DNA from: a candidate division Zixibacteria bacterium HGW-Zixibacteria-1
GTDB taxonomy: Bacteria; Zixibacteria; MSB-5A5; GN15; PGXB01
NCBI GenBank assembly: GCA_002838945.1
Contig: PGXB01000017.1
Span: 1,185 to 65,184 of the forward strand
Direction of reading: 5' to 3'
DNA: 64,000 nt
Shown here: one piece after another, positions 19,063 to 29,600 of the stretch
How the letters are laid out: each line of letters starts with the position of its first letter
How positions within the stretch are numbered: position 1 is the stretch's first letter
Made by a program: the position numbers and the translations under genes
The notes under the pieces: model-generated
What the model was told of the DNA's origin: nothing
Database searches by the model: none
Seen by the model: only the letters and a program-made list of their open reading frames with translations

Positions 19063-19608
19063 TTATTCTTCCTCGAGCAACTCGATGATTTTGTCGGTGA
19101 TGTCGTAATCTTTCTTGGCATAAGCGAGTGCTTCGGAAGTGAAGATAAAGTCGAAATTGCCCTCGGTGGCAACTTGCTCGATGGCGGCGTTGATCTTATC
19201 CACCAGCGGCTGCACCAATGTTTTGTTCTTTCTTTCGGCGGTTCCACCCGGTCCAAATATTTCACGGGTGTACGCATCCAGGCTCTGGCGCTTAGCCTCG
19301 ATGGCGGCTTCGCGCTCTTTTTTCTTTTCGGGAGAGAGAATCAGTTTCTGCTTATCATATTCATCGACCATATCTTCATATGCTTTTTGCATTTCTTTGG
19401 CTTCGTCATCCCAGGCTTTATACTGCGTATTGAACTCTTCCTGTGCCTTTGCCCATTCCTTATACTCGGCGAAAATTCTATTAGAGTCGATATAGCCGAA
19501 TTTGCCGACCTGGGCCTGACCGGATGAAGTCAGCACGGCGAAAAGAACAATCGCCATGGCGGTAATCATTAAGCAGGCCTTACCTTTGTTCATCAGGGCT
19601 CCTTTCAT
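19063..19608 (-). CDS. skp: OmpH/Skp-family periplasmic chaperone
   Basis: Signal peptide, then a Lys/Glu-rich helical protein of 181 aa in the canonical position between bamA and lpxD. Confidence 0.85.
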   Translation of the reverse strand: MKGALMNKGKACLMITAMAIVLFAVLTSSGQAQVGKFGYIDSNRIFAEYKEWAKAQEEFNTQYKAWDDEAKEMQKAYEDMVDEYDKQKLILSPEKKKEREAAIEAKRQSLDAYTREIFGPGGTAERKNKTLVQPLVDKINAAIEQVATEGNFDFIFTSEALAYAKKDYDITDKIIELLEEE

Positions 19609-19631
19609 TCTATTTTATTGTTATATGTTTT

Positions 19632-22160
19632 CTATCTGAAAGTTGTTCCGATCTGGAAATGCGGTTTCCAGCCTCGTTTCTGCTCGACGGTGCCATCACT
19701 CGGATTTATCTGTTCATCGAGCGCATATCCAAAATCAAAGCCAAGGGTCCCGATACCGGGAACCACCAGTCTGAAACCGAGACCAATACCTTTATATAAG
19801 TCATTTAAGGCTATATCCTTGCGATACAGCCAGGAATTGCCGATATCAAAAAAGCCCAGCAAATACAACTGGTTCGGTATTACGGGAATTTGCAATTCAA
19901 GGTTGCCGACAAGCATATACTTGCCACGGACCGTAGCCAGACTGGGTTTATAGTTTACAACTGTTTTGTATGGATCGCCGCTCAAAGTCGTGTCGGGCCA
20001 GGCATAGTATTTTGCGGTATCCGCTCTAATAACCACGGTGTCCGGTGTCAGGGACCCGTCATCATAACCCCTTATGATACCGGTATAGCCGGTTCCGCCG
20101 GGGGAGAATCGTTCCGAGATCAGGATAGTGCTGTCGTCTTCGGAGGATGTTACGACACCATAGGTAAGTTTTCCCGCCAGCGCAATTTTCCCTAAAATTG
20201 GTATAAATTTCGATAATGAAATAATTTGCTTGTCGTACTTCCAGAAACCGCCCAGGAATGAACCGGATTTCTCGAAAGAGTATGACAGGACCGAACCGCT
20301 CGTGGCAAATTCAGGAAGGTCACGGCTGTCGCGAACGATTGACAACTGGATAGTCGAAGCGCTGAACCATTCTTCATTATAGCGCAACAATGATCCCGGG
20401 TAGGGTTCGCCTCTTTCATAATCGTACAGCTTTGTCCATTTTACAGTATCCACAGACAGGCTATCAACATATTTTTTGGTTTGATATGAGTAAGCATCCA
20501 GAAAGGACTCGCTAAAATCATAATATCTGTTATTTTCAATCCGGTAAACACCATAAACCCGGAAATAGTTATCGGGCCATCTTAAACGCCGCCCGACACG
20601 GATCGAACCGCCTCGGCTGCCCTCGGTGTAATCGGAGTACCAGACACGGTTGGTGTAATAAAGCTCCCCGCCCAGCAGGGTCGGGGTTCCGAAGGCCCAT
20701 GGTTCGGTGAATGACAGCGAGTATGAATTTCTCGCGCTGCCGATATCGACATTGATCGATGCCTGCTGGCCCATGCCGCGGAAATTGGGTATTCCCAGAC
20801 CAAAGGTGCCGACAAATTTGTCAACCCCGGAATATCCGGCTCCCGCCGATATCTGGGCGGTTGGTTTTTCCTCGACTGTTACGGTAAGATCGACATCGCC
20901 ATTGGGTAAATCCACGATATCGGGTGTGACATTCCCGAAATAGTTAAGCTGCATAATATCACGGATCGAACGGAGCAATAATGATCGATGAAACACCTGG
21001 CCGGGATGCAAGGTCATTTCACGGCGAATGACCTTTTCCTTGGTCTTGGTATTCCCAAAAATTTTGACCAGGTTGACTTCGGAAGGAAGTCCCTCGACGA
21101 TATCATAAGTTATATCCAGCAGGCTGTCGCGAGTCTTGCGATCATCCATGATTCTGACATGCAAATGACCCTTTTCCTGGTATATGAAGTAAAGTTCATA
21201 ATAAGATTCTTCGAATTTCTTATTGCTGAAGACCTGACCTTCGTGGTACTTGAGCGTTTTATCGAGATTATCGGATGTGAAGACTTCGTTGCCGCTGAAA
21301 TACGATTTGCCGAAATAGTACCGCGGGCCTTCATAGATATCGAGATAAATATACATCTTATTGGAATTGGAATCGACCGCGATGGAATCCGATTTCAGGT
21401 AAGCATCGATGTATCCCTGGTCATGCAAATATTCAATAATTTTATCTTTGTCCTCGGTATATTTTTCCTTATCGAAATCCGAGGTTTTCAGAAAACCGCG
21501 TTTGCGATTGCGCATTTTCCCGATAATTTTATCCGCCTTAACTCTCTCATTGCCGGACAGATAGACTTTTTCGACCTTTACCTTGGAACCTTCTTTAATT
21601 TTATATATCAAGTCGGCCTGCGTGGAATCATCGGTGTATTTCAATTCCGATTCGGCTGAGGCCATAAAATAGCCTTTTTCGCCATAAAGATCGATAATGA
21701 CATTTTTCTTTTCGAAAACAAGACTTCTCGACAAATAATTGCTGGTGGAGAGGCCAAGCTCTTCCTTTAATTTATTGGATTTGACTTCCTTGTTGCCCTG
21801 GAAATCGAGATTTCTGAGTTTGGGTAATTCTTTTACTTTAATGGTAATAATCAAACCGCCGGTTGTCTCGTCGGCCAACAGCTCGATATCTTCAAAAAAG
21901 CCCAAGCCGTAAAGCCGGCTGACCGCATCTTGCGAAACGGTTGCAGTCAATTCGCTGCCTTTATGAATACCGGCGACGGAAAGAATAAGGCTGGAAGTCG
22001 CCTGGTGGTTGCCTTCAACTTTGACATCGACCACATTAAAGGACTGGACCTGCCCGAAAGACAGGCCGGCAATTAGAATCAGGCCAAACAACAGGATTAC
22101 CGGCCGGAAAGGAGAGCTTTCCGGCCAGATAATCGCGTTATTTCTAATATGGTGAATCAA
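19632..22160 (-). CDS. bamA: outer membrane protein assembly factor BamA
   Basis: 842 aa with POTRA-type repeats (VDVKVEGN, VKVEKVYLSGN). The C-terminal barrel ends HFQIGTTFR. The TTG start overlaps the rplU stop. Confidence 0.9.
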   Translation of the reverse strand: MIHHIRNNAIIWPESSPFRPVILLFGLILIAGLSFGQVQSFNVVDVKVEGNHQATSSLILSVAGIHKGSELTATVSQDAVSRLYGLGFFEDIELLADETTGGLIITIKVKELPKLRNLDFQGNKEVKSNKLKEELGLSTSNYLSRSLVFEKKNVIIDLYGEKGYFMASAESELKYTDDSTQADLIYKIKEGSKVKVEKVYLSGNERVKADKIIGKMRNRKRGFLKTSDFDKEKYTEDKDKIIEYLHDQGYIDAYLKSDSIAVDSNSNKMYIYLDIYEGPRYYFGKSYFSGNEVFTSDNLDKTLKYHEGQVFSNKKFEESYYELYFIYQEKGHLHVRIMDDRKTRDSLLDITYDIVEGLPSEVNLVKIFGNTKTKEKVIRREMTLHPGQVFHRSLLLRSIRDIMQLNYFGNVTPDIVDLPNGDVDLTVTVEEKPTAQISAGAGYSGVDKFVGTFGLGIPNFRGMGQQASINVDIGSARNSYSLSFTEPWAFGTPTLLGGELYYTNRVWYSDYTEGSRGGSIRVGRRLRWPDNYFRVYGVYRIENNRYYDFSESFLDAYSYQTKKYVDSLSVDTVKWTKLYDYERGEPYPGSLLRYNEEWFSASTIQLSIVRDSRDLPEFATSGSVLSYSFEKSGSFLGGFWKYDKQIISLSKFIPILGKIALAGKLTYGVVTSSEDDSTILISERFSPGGTGYTGIIRGYDDGSLTPDTVVIRADTAKYYAWPDTTLSGDPYKTVVNYKPSLATVRGKYMLVGNLELQIPVIPNQLYLLGFFDIGNSWLYRKDIALNDLYKGIGLGFRLVVPGIGTLGFDFGYALDEQINPSDGTVEQKRGWKPHFQIGTTFR

Positions 22161-22477
22161 TTTACCGGTGGAGTGATTTTTTTGATTTTGATTTCCGTAA
22201 ATTTTTGCCGATGCCCCTGTAATTTGCGATACTTGGTCCGCTTTTTAAACTTGTAAACATCGACTTTCTTCGCCAAACCTTCGGTTATAACTTCCGCTTC
22301 CACCATAGCCGAACTGAGATAAGGAGAGCCGATGAAAGAATTATCACCATCCTTTACCAGTAAAACCTTATCAATGGAAATGCTGTCACCCGGATTCGCA
22401 GAAATATAGGGAACCTTAATCATAGAGCCCTCTTCCGCTCTGAACTGTAACCCGCCGGATTCAAATACTGCGTACAT
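22157..22477 (-). CDS. rplU: 50S ribosomal protein L21
   Basis: N-terminus MYAVFESGGLQFRAEEG and KFKKRTKYRKLQGHRQ. Confidence 0.95.
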   Translation of the reverse strand: MYAVFESGGLQFRAEEGSMIKVPYISANPGDSISIDKVLLVKDGDNSFIGSPYLSSAMVEAEVITEGLAKKVDVYKFKKRTKYRKLQGHRQKFTEIKIKKITPPVN

Positions 22478-22524
22478 TCTGTTAACCCTCCTTAATCACA
22501 TCACTAAAGGGAAATTAAAGTCCT

Positions 22525-22552
22525 AAACTTAGGGTTTTCAAGACGGCTGTCA
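22525..22552 (-). promoter_or_regulatory. possible promoter of rplU-bamA-skp-lpxD
   Basis: On the minus strand: TTGACA (22552-22547), 16-nt spacer, TAAGTT (22530-22525). Confidence 0.3.
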
Positions 22553-22697
22553 AGATAAATTTTAACGCCTTATGTTATACGAAGTTATAACCTCATTGTT
22601 TATCACCAAATTATCTAATTATTAAACGTTTGAGATTCGTTCCGGTTCCAAAACAAAAAATGAACATCACAAATCACTCGTCCGTTCTATAAATTGG

Positions 22698-22725
22698 TTG
22701 CTATAAGGAGCTTATATGATATATT
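22698..22725 (+). promoter_or_regulatory. possible promoter of uvrB
   Basis: TTGCTA (22698-22703), 16-nt spacer, TATATT (22720-22725). If real, it excludes the 22726 ORF-track start. Confidence 0.3.
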
Positions 22726-22794
22726 TTGGCTTGTAATCAAAACTTGCTTATGAATGAAAGAATGGAACATAATTTGCAGAATATTCGATTTCCT

Positions 22795-24801
22795 ATGGAA
22801 AAATCGGAATTTGAACTGGTTTCCAAATATAAACCAACCGGAGACCAACCCAGGGCAATTAGAGAGCTTTGTGAGGGACTGACCAGAAATGACAAATTTC
22901 AAACGCTGCTGGGCGTGACCGGATCCGGAAAGACCTTTACCGTGGCCAATGTTATCAAGAATTACGGACGCCCGACTCTGGTCGTTTCCCATAACAAGAC
23001 GCTGGCGGCACAGCTTTATGGTGAATTAAAGGCCTTTTTTCCAAAAAATGCGGTGGAGTTTTTTATCAGTTACTACGACTATTATCAGCCGGAGGCATAT
23101 CTCCCGACCACCGATACATATATAGAGAAAGACACTTCGATGAATGAGGACATCGATCGTCTCCGCCTGCGGGCGACCGCATCGCTGCTGGAGCGTAATG
23201 ATGTCGTTATTGTGGCTTCGGTTTCCTGTATTTACGGACTCGGCTCCCCTGAGGAATATAAACGACAGCTTTTGTTTCTGGAAAAGGGGCAGATGACCGA
23301 CCGCGATAAACTGATCCGTTCGCTGATTGATATACATTATAATCGCAATGATATCAATTTTGCGCGCGGCAACTTCCGGGTAAAAGGGGATACAATCGAA
23401 TTGATCCCTTCTTATCAGGAAACCGCCCTCAGGATTGAAATGTTCGGCGATGAAATCGACCGGATTTCGGAGATTGATCCCCTTACCGGGGAAATTCTGA
23501 ATGAGAAAAAGAAAGCGGCCATCTATCCGGCCAAGCATTTTGTGACTAGTCATCCGCAGATGAAGCGCGCGGTTGTCCAGATTGAAAAGGAACTCAATGA
23601 CAGGCTGAAGGAGTTTAGAGGCGCGGGCAAGCTCCTCGAGGCACAACGTCTGGAATCGCGGACGAAGTATGACCTTGAAATGATGAAGGAAATCGGCTAT
23701 TGCAGCGGCATCGAAAATTATTCCCGGCATTTGACCAACCGCGAGCCGGGGGAAAGGCCGGCCACCCTGATAGATTTTCTGCCCGATGATTTCCTGCTGA
23801 TTGTCGATGAATCTCATCAAACCATTCCTCAGGTGCGGGGAATGTATGCCGGCGACCGCTCCCGCAAGGAAGTGCTGGTGGAGCATGGTTTCAGACTGCC
23901 GTCGGCACTTGATAACCGGCCCCTGTTTTTCGATGAGTTTGAGGCGCTGATTAATAAGGTAATCTTTGTTTCGGCCACTCCGGCTGATTACGAACTTGAA
24001 AGATCCGGCGGTGTAGTCGTGGAGCAAGTGATTCGTCCTACCGGTCTCGTCGATCCCAAAATATCGATTCGACCTCTGGGCAATCAGGTTGATGATTTGA
24101 TTGACGAAATCAGGGAGAGAACCAAAGTTCAGGAAAGAATCCTGGTGACGACACTCACCAAACGGATGGCCGAAGATTTGACTGATTATTTGAAAAAGCT
24201 CGACATCCGCGTTCGCTATTTACACAGCGAAATCGACGCTATCGACCGCACCGAAATTATCCGCGACTTGAGATTGTCAGAATTCGATGTCCTGGTGGGG
24301 ATAAATTTACTGCGCGAGGGCCTTGATTTACCCGAAGTATCGCTGGTGGCGATTCTCGACGCCGACAAGGAAGGTTTCCTTCGATCTGAGCGATCTCTGA
24401 TACAAACCGCCGGACGAGCGGCCCGTAACAAAAACGGCGAGGTGATATTTTATGCCGACAAAATCACGGACTCGATGCGCAAGGCGATCGATGAAACGGA
24501 ACGGAGAAGACAGAAACAGCTTGAATATAACGAAAAACACCATATCACGCCGGAAACGATTTTTAAAACGAGGGAAGAAATATTAAAGGCCACCCAGTTT
24601 GCCGATTCCAAAACGGTCGTGGATGAGATCGCTTTCGAGAAACCTGATTATTTCGCGGAAATGACGGCCGAAGATAAGATCGCCTTTATGCTGAAAGCCA
24701 TGAAAAAGGCGGCCGAAAACCTTGAGTTTGAAACGGCGGCGGCACTCCGCGATGAAATAAAAAATATGAAAGAGGAATTGAAAAAACGACGAAAGAGGTA
24801 A
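22795..24801 (+). CDS. uvrB: excinuclease ABC subunit B
   Basis: [29 protein letters not shown] and DESH motifs. The C-terminal UVR domain contains [12 protein letters not shown]. Start could be 22750, 22762 or 22795. Confidence 0.93.
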   Translation: MEKSEFELVSKYKPTGDQPRAIRELCEGLTRNDKFQTLLGVTGSGKTFTVANVIKNYGRPTLVVSHNKTLAAQLYGELKAFFPKNAVEFFISYYDYYQPEAYLPTTDTYIEKDTSMNEDIDRLRLRATASLLERNDVVIVASVSCIYGLGSPEEYKRQLLFLEKGQMTDRDKLIRSLIDIHYNRNDINFARGNFRVKGDTIELIPSYQETALRIEMFGDEIDRISEIDPLTGEILNEKKKAAIYPAKHFVTSHPQMKRAVVQIEKELNDRLKEFRGAGKLLEAQRLESRTKYDLEMMKEIGYCSGIENYSRHLTNREPGERPATLIDFLPDDFLLIVDESHQTIPQVRGMYAGDRSRKEVLVEHGFRLPSALDNRPLFFDEFEALINKVIFVSATPADYELERSGGVVVEQVIRPTGLVDPKISIRPLGNQVDDLIDEIRERTKVQERILVTTLTKRMAEDLTDYLKKLDIRVRYLHSEIDAIDRTEIIRDLRLSEFDVLVGINLLREGLDLPEVSLVAILDADKEGFLRSERSLIQTAGRAARNKNGEVIFYADKITDSMRKAIDETERRRQKQLEYNEKHHITPETIFKTREEILKATQFADSKTVVDEIAFEKPDYFAEMTAEDKIAFMLKAMKKAAENLEFETAAALRDEIKNMKEELKKRRKR

Positions 24802-24803
24802 TC

Positions 24804-25682
24804 ATGAGACGCTCTCCCTATATAATATTAATGTTTCTGATTCCAATTATATTGAGCTGGATGGCGTGCAATTCCGAGGATCCTGTCTCGACTTCTGATG
24901 ATTACGAAATAACTCGTTTCATACTCGAGTCGCTGGATGGCAAAGAACTATTTACCAATAATCTTTTCCCGACCGACCCGTTCTTAATCAATGATGGTTC
25001 GATGCTTCTTTATAAAATAGATTCCAGCTCAAGAGTTATTGATATCAAGCGATCCACATCCGGCGAAAACTTTTATGGATATGATAATATTGCGGTGGCA
25101 ACAGGCAATGTCGTGGATGTCTTCTACGGCTATGCCTGTAAACTTGATGACAATGATACTGTCGCGAAATATCCCATGACATATAATATTTCAAGAAGCG
25201 CATATTTTGCTAAATTATATGATGACAGTTATTCATACCGGGGCTGGCGCTTTTGGGGATTTTCCTCGGCCGAAATGCAGCCGCCGGGAATTTTTTCTTC
25301 CCAGGACGGCATCAGTTTCTCGACCTCTCCTCCCGAAACACTATCGGTCATACCCCGATGGAAATATTTTGAAAAGAATCAAATTATTGCCCTTTCGGCG
25401 GGGGATTCGATCACATTTGTATGCGATACTCCGGCGGTTATATTTAGCCTTAAAAGCAATGGCGGTGTCGGAACTTATGCTACATCATTGCAGAGCGGGA
25501 AATATAAAACCGGATTCCGTATCCCATCATCGAACCTTTTCTATAAACTAATCGCCGTTGATATGCCGTCGGAACTGAGCGTGGAAACTACTTTTATCGA
25601 TATCGATTCCGCCGTAATTGAGGTGGATACATCGTTGGCTAAATCAAGTATTCCGGTTATTCCATATAAGACGGCTTTTTAG
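24804..25682 (+). CDS. hypothetical protein, possible lipoprotein
   Basis: Hydrophobic N-terminus ending SWMAC, a lipobox-like sequence. It starts 2 nt after the uvrB stop. I recognise no family. Confidence 0.55.
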   Translation: MRRSPYIILMFLIPIILSWMACNSEDPVSTSDDYEITRFILESLDGKELFTNNLFPTDPFLINDGSMLLYKIDSSSRVIDIKRSTSGENFYGYDNIAVATGNVVDVFYGYACKLDDNDTVAKYPMTYNISRSAYFAKLYDDSYSYRGWRFWGFSSAEMQPPGIFSSQDGISFSTSPPETLSVIPRWKYFEKNQIIALSAGDSITFVCDTPAVIFSLKSNGGVGTYATSLQSGKYKTGFRIPSSNLFYKLIAVDMPSELSVETTFIDIDSAVIEVDTSLAKSSIPVIPYKTAF

Positions 25683-25782
25683 ATTTATTTAACTTTTACC
25701 TTGATATTGATTATTTCAAACCGTAACATAGGTTAAACAGAACAGAAAATCATTCTATTCAATTTTAAACAAGGAGGTTTCT

Positions 25783-26604
25783 ATGACGACATCCCGCATC
25801 AAAGGTTTGAAACTGCTGCCTCTTCTGCTGATTCTGGTTTTTATGACCGGTATTGTCGGCTGCGGCACACAGATCCCATCGGGACATCGAGGAGTCTTTT
25901 ATTACAAATTCGGTGATGGAACCGAAATGGGCAAAATATACACCGAGGGTTTCAGCTGGCATCTTCCGTGGAACAACATTTTTGTCTACAAGATTCAGCT
26001 TGGTGAGCAGCGTGAAGATTTGCATGTTCTTTCATCTGACGGTGCCTCAATCGGCCTGGAAATGACCATCTGGTTCCGGCCACTGGTGGATAAGCTTGAT
26101 TCTCTGCAGTTGACCGTCGGGCCCAGTTACTATGATATTGCCGTGGCTCCGGCGCTCAGAGGTGTTTCTCGAAGTGTGGTGGGAAAGTACAAACCTGAGG
26201 AAATATATTCCTCAAAACGCGAGGTAATTTCGTCGGAAATTCTGGCCGAGATGCAGACCTTAGTGTCACAAAAATTTATAACGGTGGAAAATGTCATCAT
26301 TCGCAACGTGGTTTTACCGGACCAAATTACCCAGGCCATCAATGCCAAACTCGAGGCCGACCAGGAAGCGCAAAAGATGGAATTTGTCTTATTAAAGGAA
26401 CAGCAGGAGGCCCAGAGGAAACGGATTGAGGCGCAGGGTATTTCTGATTTTCAGAAAATTGTCTCGTCCGGTTTGACGACTCCGCTCCTGACCTGGAAAG
26501 GGATTGAAGCCACCCAGAAACTGGCCGAATCGCCTAATACAAAGATTGTCATAATCGGGAAATCCGATAACGGTCTTCCGATCATTCTCGATACCGGTAA
26601 ATAG
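25783..26604 (+). CDS. SPFH/Band-7 (prohibitin/HflC-like) domain protein
   Basis: N-terminal anchor, then an SPFH core (VIIRNVVLPDQITQAINAKLEADQEAQ) and a coiled-coil tail. Confidence 0.85.
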   Translation: MTTSRIKGLKLLPLLLILVFMTGIVGCGTQIPSGHRGVFYYKFGDGTEMGKIYTEGFSWHLPWNNIFVYKIQLGEQREDLHVLSSDGASIGLEMTIWFRPLVDKLDSLQLTVGPSYYDIAVAPALRGVSRSVVGKYKPEEIYSSKREVISSEILAEMQTLVSQKFITVENVIIRNVVLPDQITQAINAKLEADQEAQKMEFVLLKEQQEAQRKRIEAQGISDFQKIVSSGLTTPLLTWKGIEATQKLAESPNTKIVIIGKSDNGLPIILDTGK

Positions 26605-26619
26605 TGTATTGGAGTATGG

Positions 26620-26646
26620 GCCGCCGCGAAAGCGGCGGCTTTTTTT
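26620..26646 (+). terminator. rho-independent terminator
   Basis: GCCGCCGC-GAAA-GCGGCGGC stem-loop followed by TTTTTTT. Confidence 0.7.
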
Positions 26647-26652
26647 GTCAGC

Positions 26653-29600
26653 TTATTTCAGTAGAAGCATCTTTTCCGTCCGGATGAAATCATCCGCCCG
26701 GAGGCGATAGAAATATACGCCGGTTGACACCGGTTTTCCATGTGAATCGTTTCCATCCCATATAATGGAATGATGCCCCGCTATGACGCGATCAGCAGTC
26801 AATACCCGGACTTTCTGTCCGAGAATGTTGTATATATCCATCTGCACATTGGCCGTACGGGGAAGATAGTACTCAATCGTCGTTGAAGGGTTAAAGGGAT
26901 TGGGATAGTTTTGGTACAATGCGAATTCATCCGGCAGAACAGGATCATCATCAGGCGCTGAAACCGGCGCCTGCTCGATGATCGTATTAATCAGATCACG
27001 GATATTCTCAGCTCCAAAAAACCAGGGATGCATAATAAATGAATAAACATCGGCATCCTCCATTGAATACCTGACGCCGCAGGGCATCCCTTCAAATTGC
27101 GATGTTTCCGGATAAAGCGAGCGATAGTAGTATATCGTCTCTGCGGGAGCCCGGGGGAAAAGGCAGCCGGTCATGGGCGGGGTTTCGATGGGCCATATAT
27201 ATGCCATATAGAAAGACGCATTCCACCAGTAAAAAGCGGTATCGACGTATAATTCCGGAAACTCATCAAGCGCAGGTTCGGCCCGAATTAACCCGCCAAG
27301 GGTATCCTCATCAGATATTATACCATCCGAGTAAAGCGTCAGCCCCAAAGTGCGCAGGGAATCGAGGTGCAGGATATCATATTCAAATATACCGGGCTGA
27401 AAGCGAAGAGTCAGAGTGTCGAGAAAAATGCTGGAATATCCGTTAAGGAGATTACCAAAATAGATCAGATTGCCGCCCGTATTAATATAGTCTTTCAAGG
27501 TATTTGTAAAAGAACCATAGACTTCATAATACAGGGTCGCATCTCGAAGATTATCATCAAAAAGAACAAAACGATACGGCGCCATTGTCGACCAGCCCAT
27601 GCAGGCATATTCCTCGCACCCATCCATACCCGCAGAATCGATGAGGAAGAAGTAGTCATATGTTAAATTCCGACCGGCAAAGACTCTGTCGTAAAAAGCC
27701 ATTAATGAATCAATGGACTGGACATTAATCGTTTTTCCCGCATTGGGCAAATATATCAGGATATCTTTATCGATCAAGTCGCGGACGAAGACATGTATCG
27801 GCGTGGACAACTCCGATTCGCGCCCGGCGGCGTCGACCGCAGTGATAAAATAATACAGGTCGGCATTCACGGCGCTGTCGATAAAAAGTGTGTCATCTGC
27901 CGGCACCGAAGCGATCGGTTCCATTTTGAAAAAATAAAGGGCCGTCGTATCATCGTCCTGAATATAGTAGGCCACACTGTCATAAGGATCACCCAGGTAC
28001 TCGGGCAATCTATAGACAGTCGGGCCGTAGCTTTTGCTGAACTCGCCATATCCGACCCTCTTGTATATATTATAGTGATCGATATCATCATCCGTCGGCA
28101 GCCAGCTAATCGTAAATAGGCCGCCTGCGCTAATATATTCGGTGGTGCTGTCGGTCATGGGCGGGTTGGGGAATCCATAGGTGAAATATGCCGGTTTTGA
28201 TTTCCGGCCCTCGCCGGCCGATGAGACCGTCGCCACCGAATAAAAATACATTAGACCTTCGGTGAGACCGTTGATGACATATTGCGTCCCGCTTATTACG
28301 GAATCAACATTATAGAGAACCATCGATGATGTATCGCGATATCTCAGAACGGTATCGGAGAAAAACGACTGACTATCAGGAACGGCAGCGATGTATATAT
28401 TATACCCGATCATATCGGGATGCTCGCGGGGCAACCATTGAATATGAACGCCGTCGCCCGCCACGCTGACAATCTCAGTGCCCTGCACCGACCCCAGAGG
28501 CGGCGCCAGGACATATTCCGATTCATAAAGCGCTTTTGCCGCTGCGGCATTTTTCTCCAGATCGGAAAAATCAAAATGATAATAAAGCTTTTCGGGCACT
28601 TCATTATCGAAATAATTGACGAAATCATCCGGTTCGACATGAACTTCTTCGCCGCCGACAAGAGCAAAAACGAACCTGACGGAATCGCCGGGCATCAAAT
28701 CAAAACCACCAAAGGAATACAAATAACGGAAGTCAAAACCACGGTCAAGATTGCCCCCGGATGTTGGATTCGGCAGCCAGTTTGGATCATCCTTCATGAA
28801 AGTCATCCAGAGAAAATCATAATCGATCTCACTGTTGGAAAGCAGGTAATACCGATCGCGATCGGTTGTCGGCTGACCGTTGCCGCCCCCGTCAAAAACA
28901 TACAATGGCTGCGAAGTGTCCCCGATATAACGCGGTCCCCAATCAGATCCACCATCAGTGGTCCGCATCCACCAGTTAAAACTGGTGTCGATCGCCGGGG
29001 GGGACATTTCAATCAACTTCATCCCGAAAACCCCTCTGATACTTTCCTCATTCCAGGTGTAATCGCCATTTATCAAAGGGTCACCATCATTATCCATGAT
29101 ATAAGCAATACCGCTAACCCGCCGCAGCCCGCCGAAATCGTCGGTATGGCCAAAAATGGGAATCGTGGTCATAGCATAAACATCGCAGTCAATGTAATAG
29201 CCGAACCAAGTATCAAAAATTGGATTGGGGCCGATGTTTCTTATTGTCAGCTCGTAAAGTATAAAATCATTATAGGGAGGCGTAACCCAGCTGCAGGTCC
29301 GCTCCCTGACGGCAAGTCCCTCGATTCGGGGGTCAAGGTAAAAGGACTCGCCGACAGTATCCGAATAAGTGGCGACGAATTGTTTGTCGGCCACACCGCC
29401 CTGCAGTCGCACTGTTCCCGGGCCGGCTTCATCGGGCCGGAATTCCTGAGAATAATAATTCCAGCCATTGGCGCCGGCCGAAACAATCGAGTCACCGTTG
29501 ACAACACCGCCAATCCAGAGCCCCCCGGCGAATAAATACTGCTGGTTGGACCTGGGCGGCATGACAAATGAAGTCGGAGGCAGGTCGCTTTCGGGATCAT

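Noticed and set aside
22576-22588. An exact 13-nt match to one loxP arm (TATACGAAGTTAT), embedded in a 6-bp inverted repeat GTTATA-CGAAGT-TATAAC upstream of the rplU promoter.
   Set aside because: There is only one arm. The 8 nt next to it (CCTTATGT) do not match the loxP spacer as I recall it, and there is no inverted second arm, so it is not a lox site or a vector remnant. Most likely it is a chance match or a small operator-like palindrome. Worth a note only.
28420-29535. Long alternative-frame or antisense ORFs: 28420-29535 + (371 aa), 23026-24027 - (333 aa), 7734-8570 + (278 aa), 13200-13913 + (237 aa), 20988-21659 + (223 aa), 46171-46773 + (200 aa), and many inside the giant gene.
   Set aside because: All lie fully inside much longer ORFs with clear homology (T9SS cargo, uvrB, glnS, PAP2, bamA, smc). 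Their translations are low-complexity or Arg/Ile-rich, as is typical of shadow frames.
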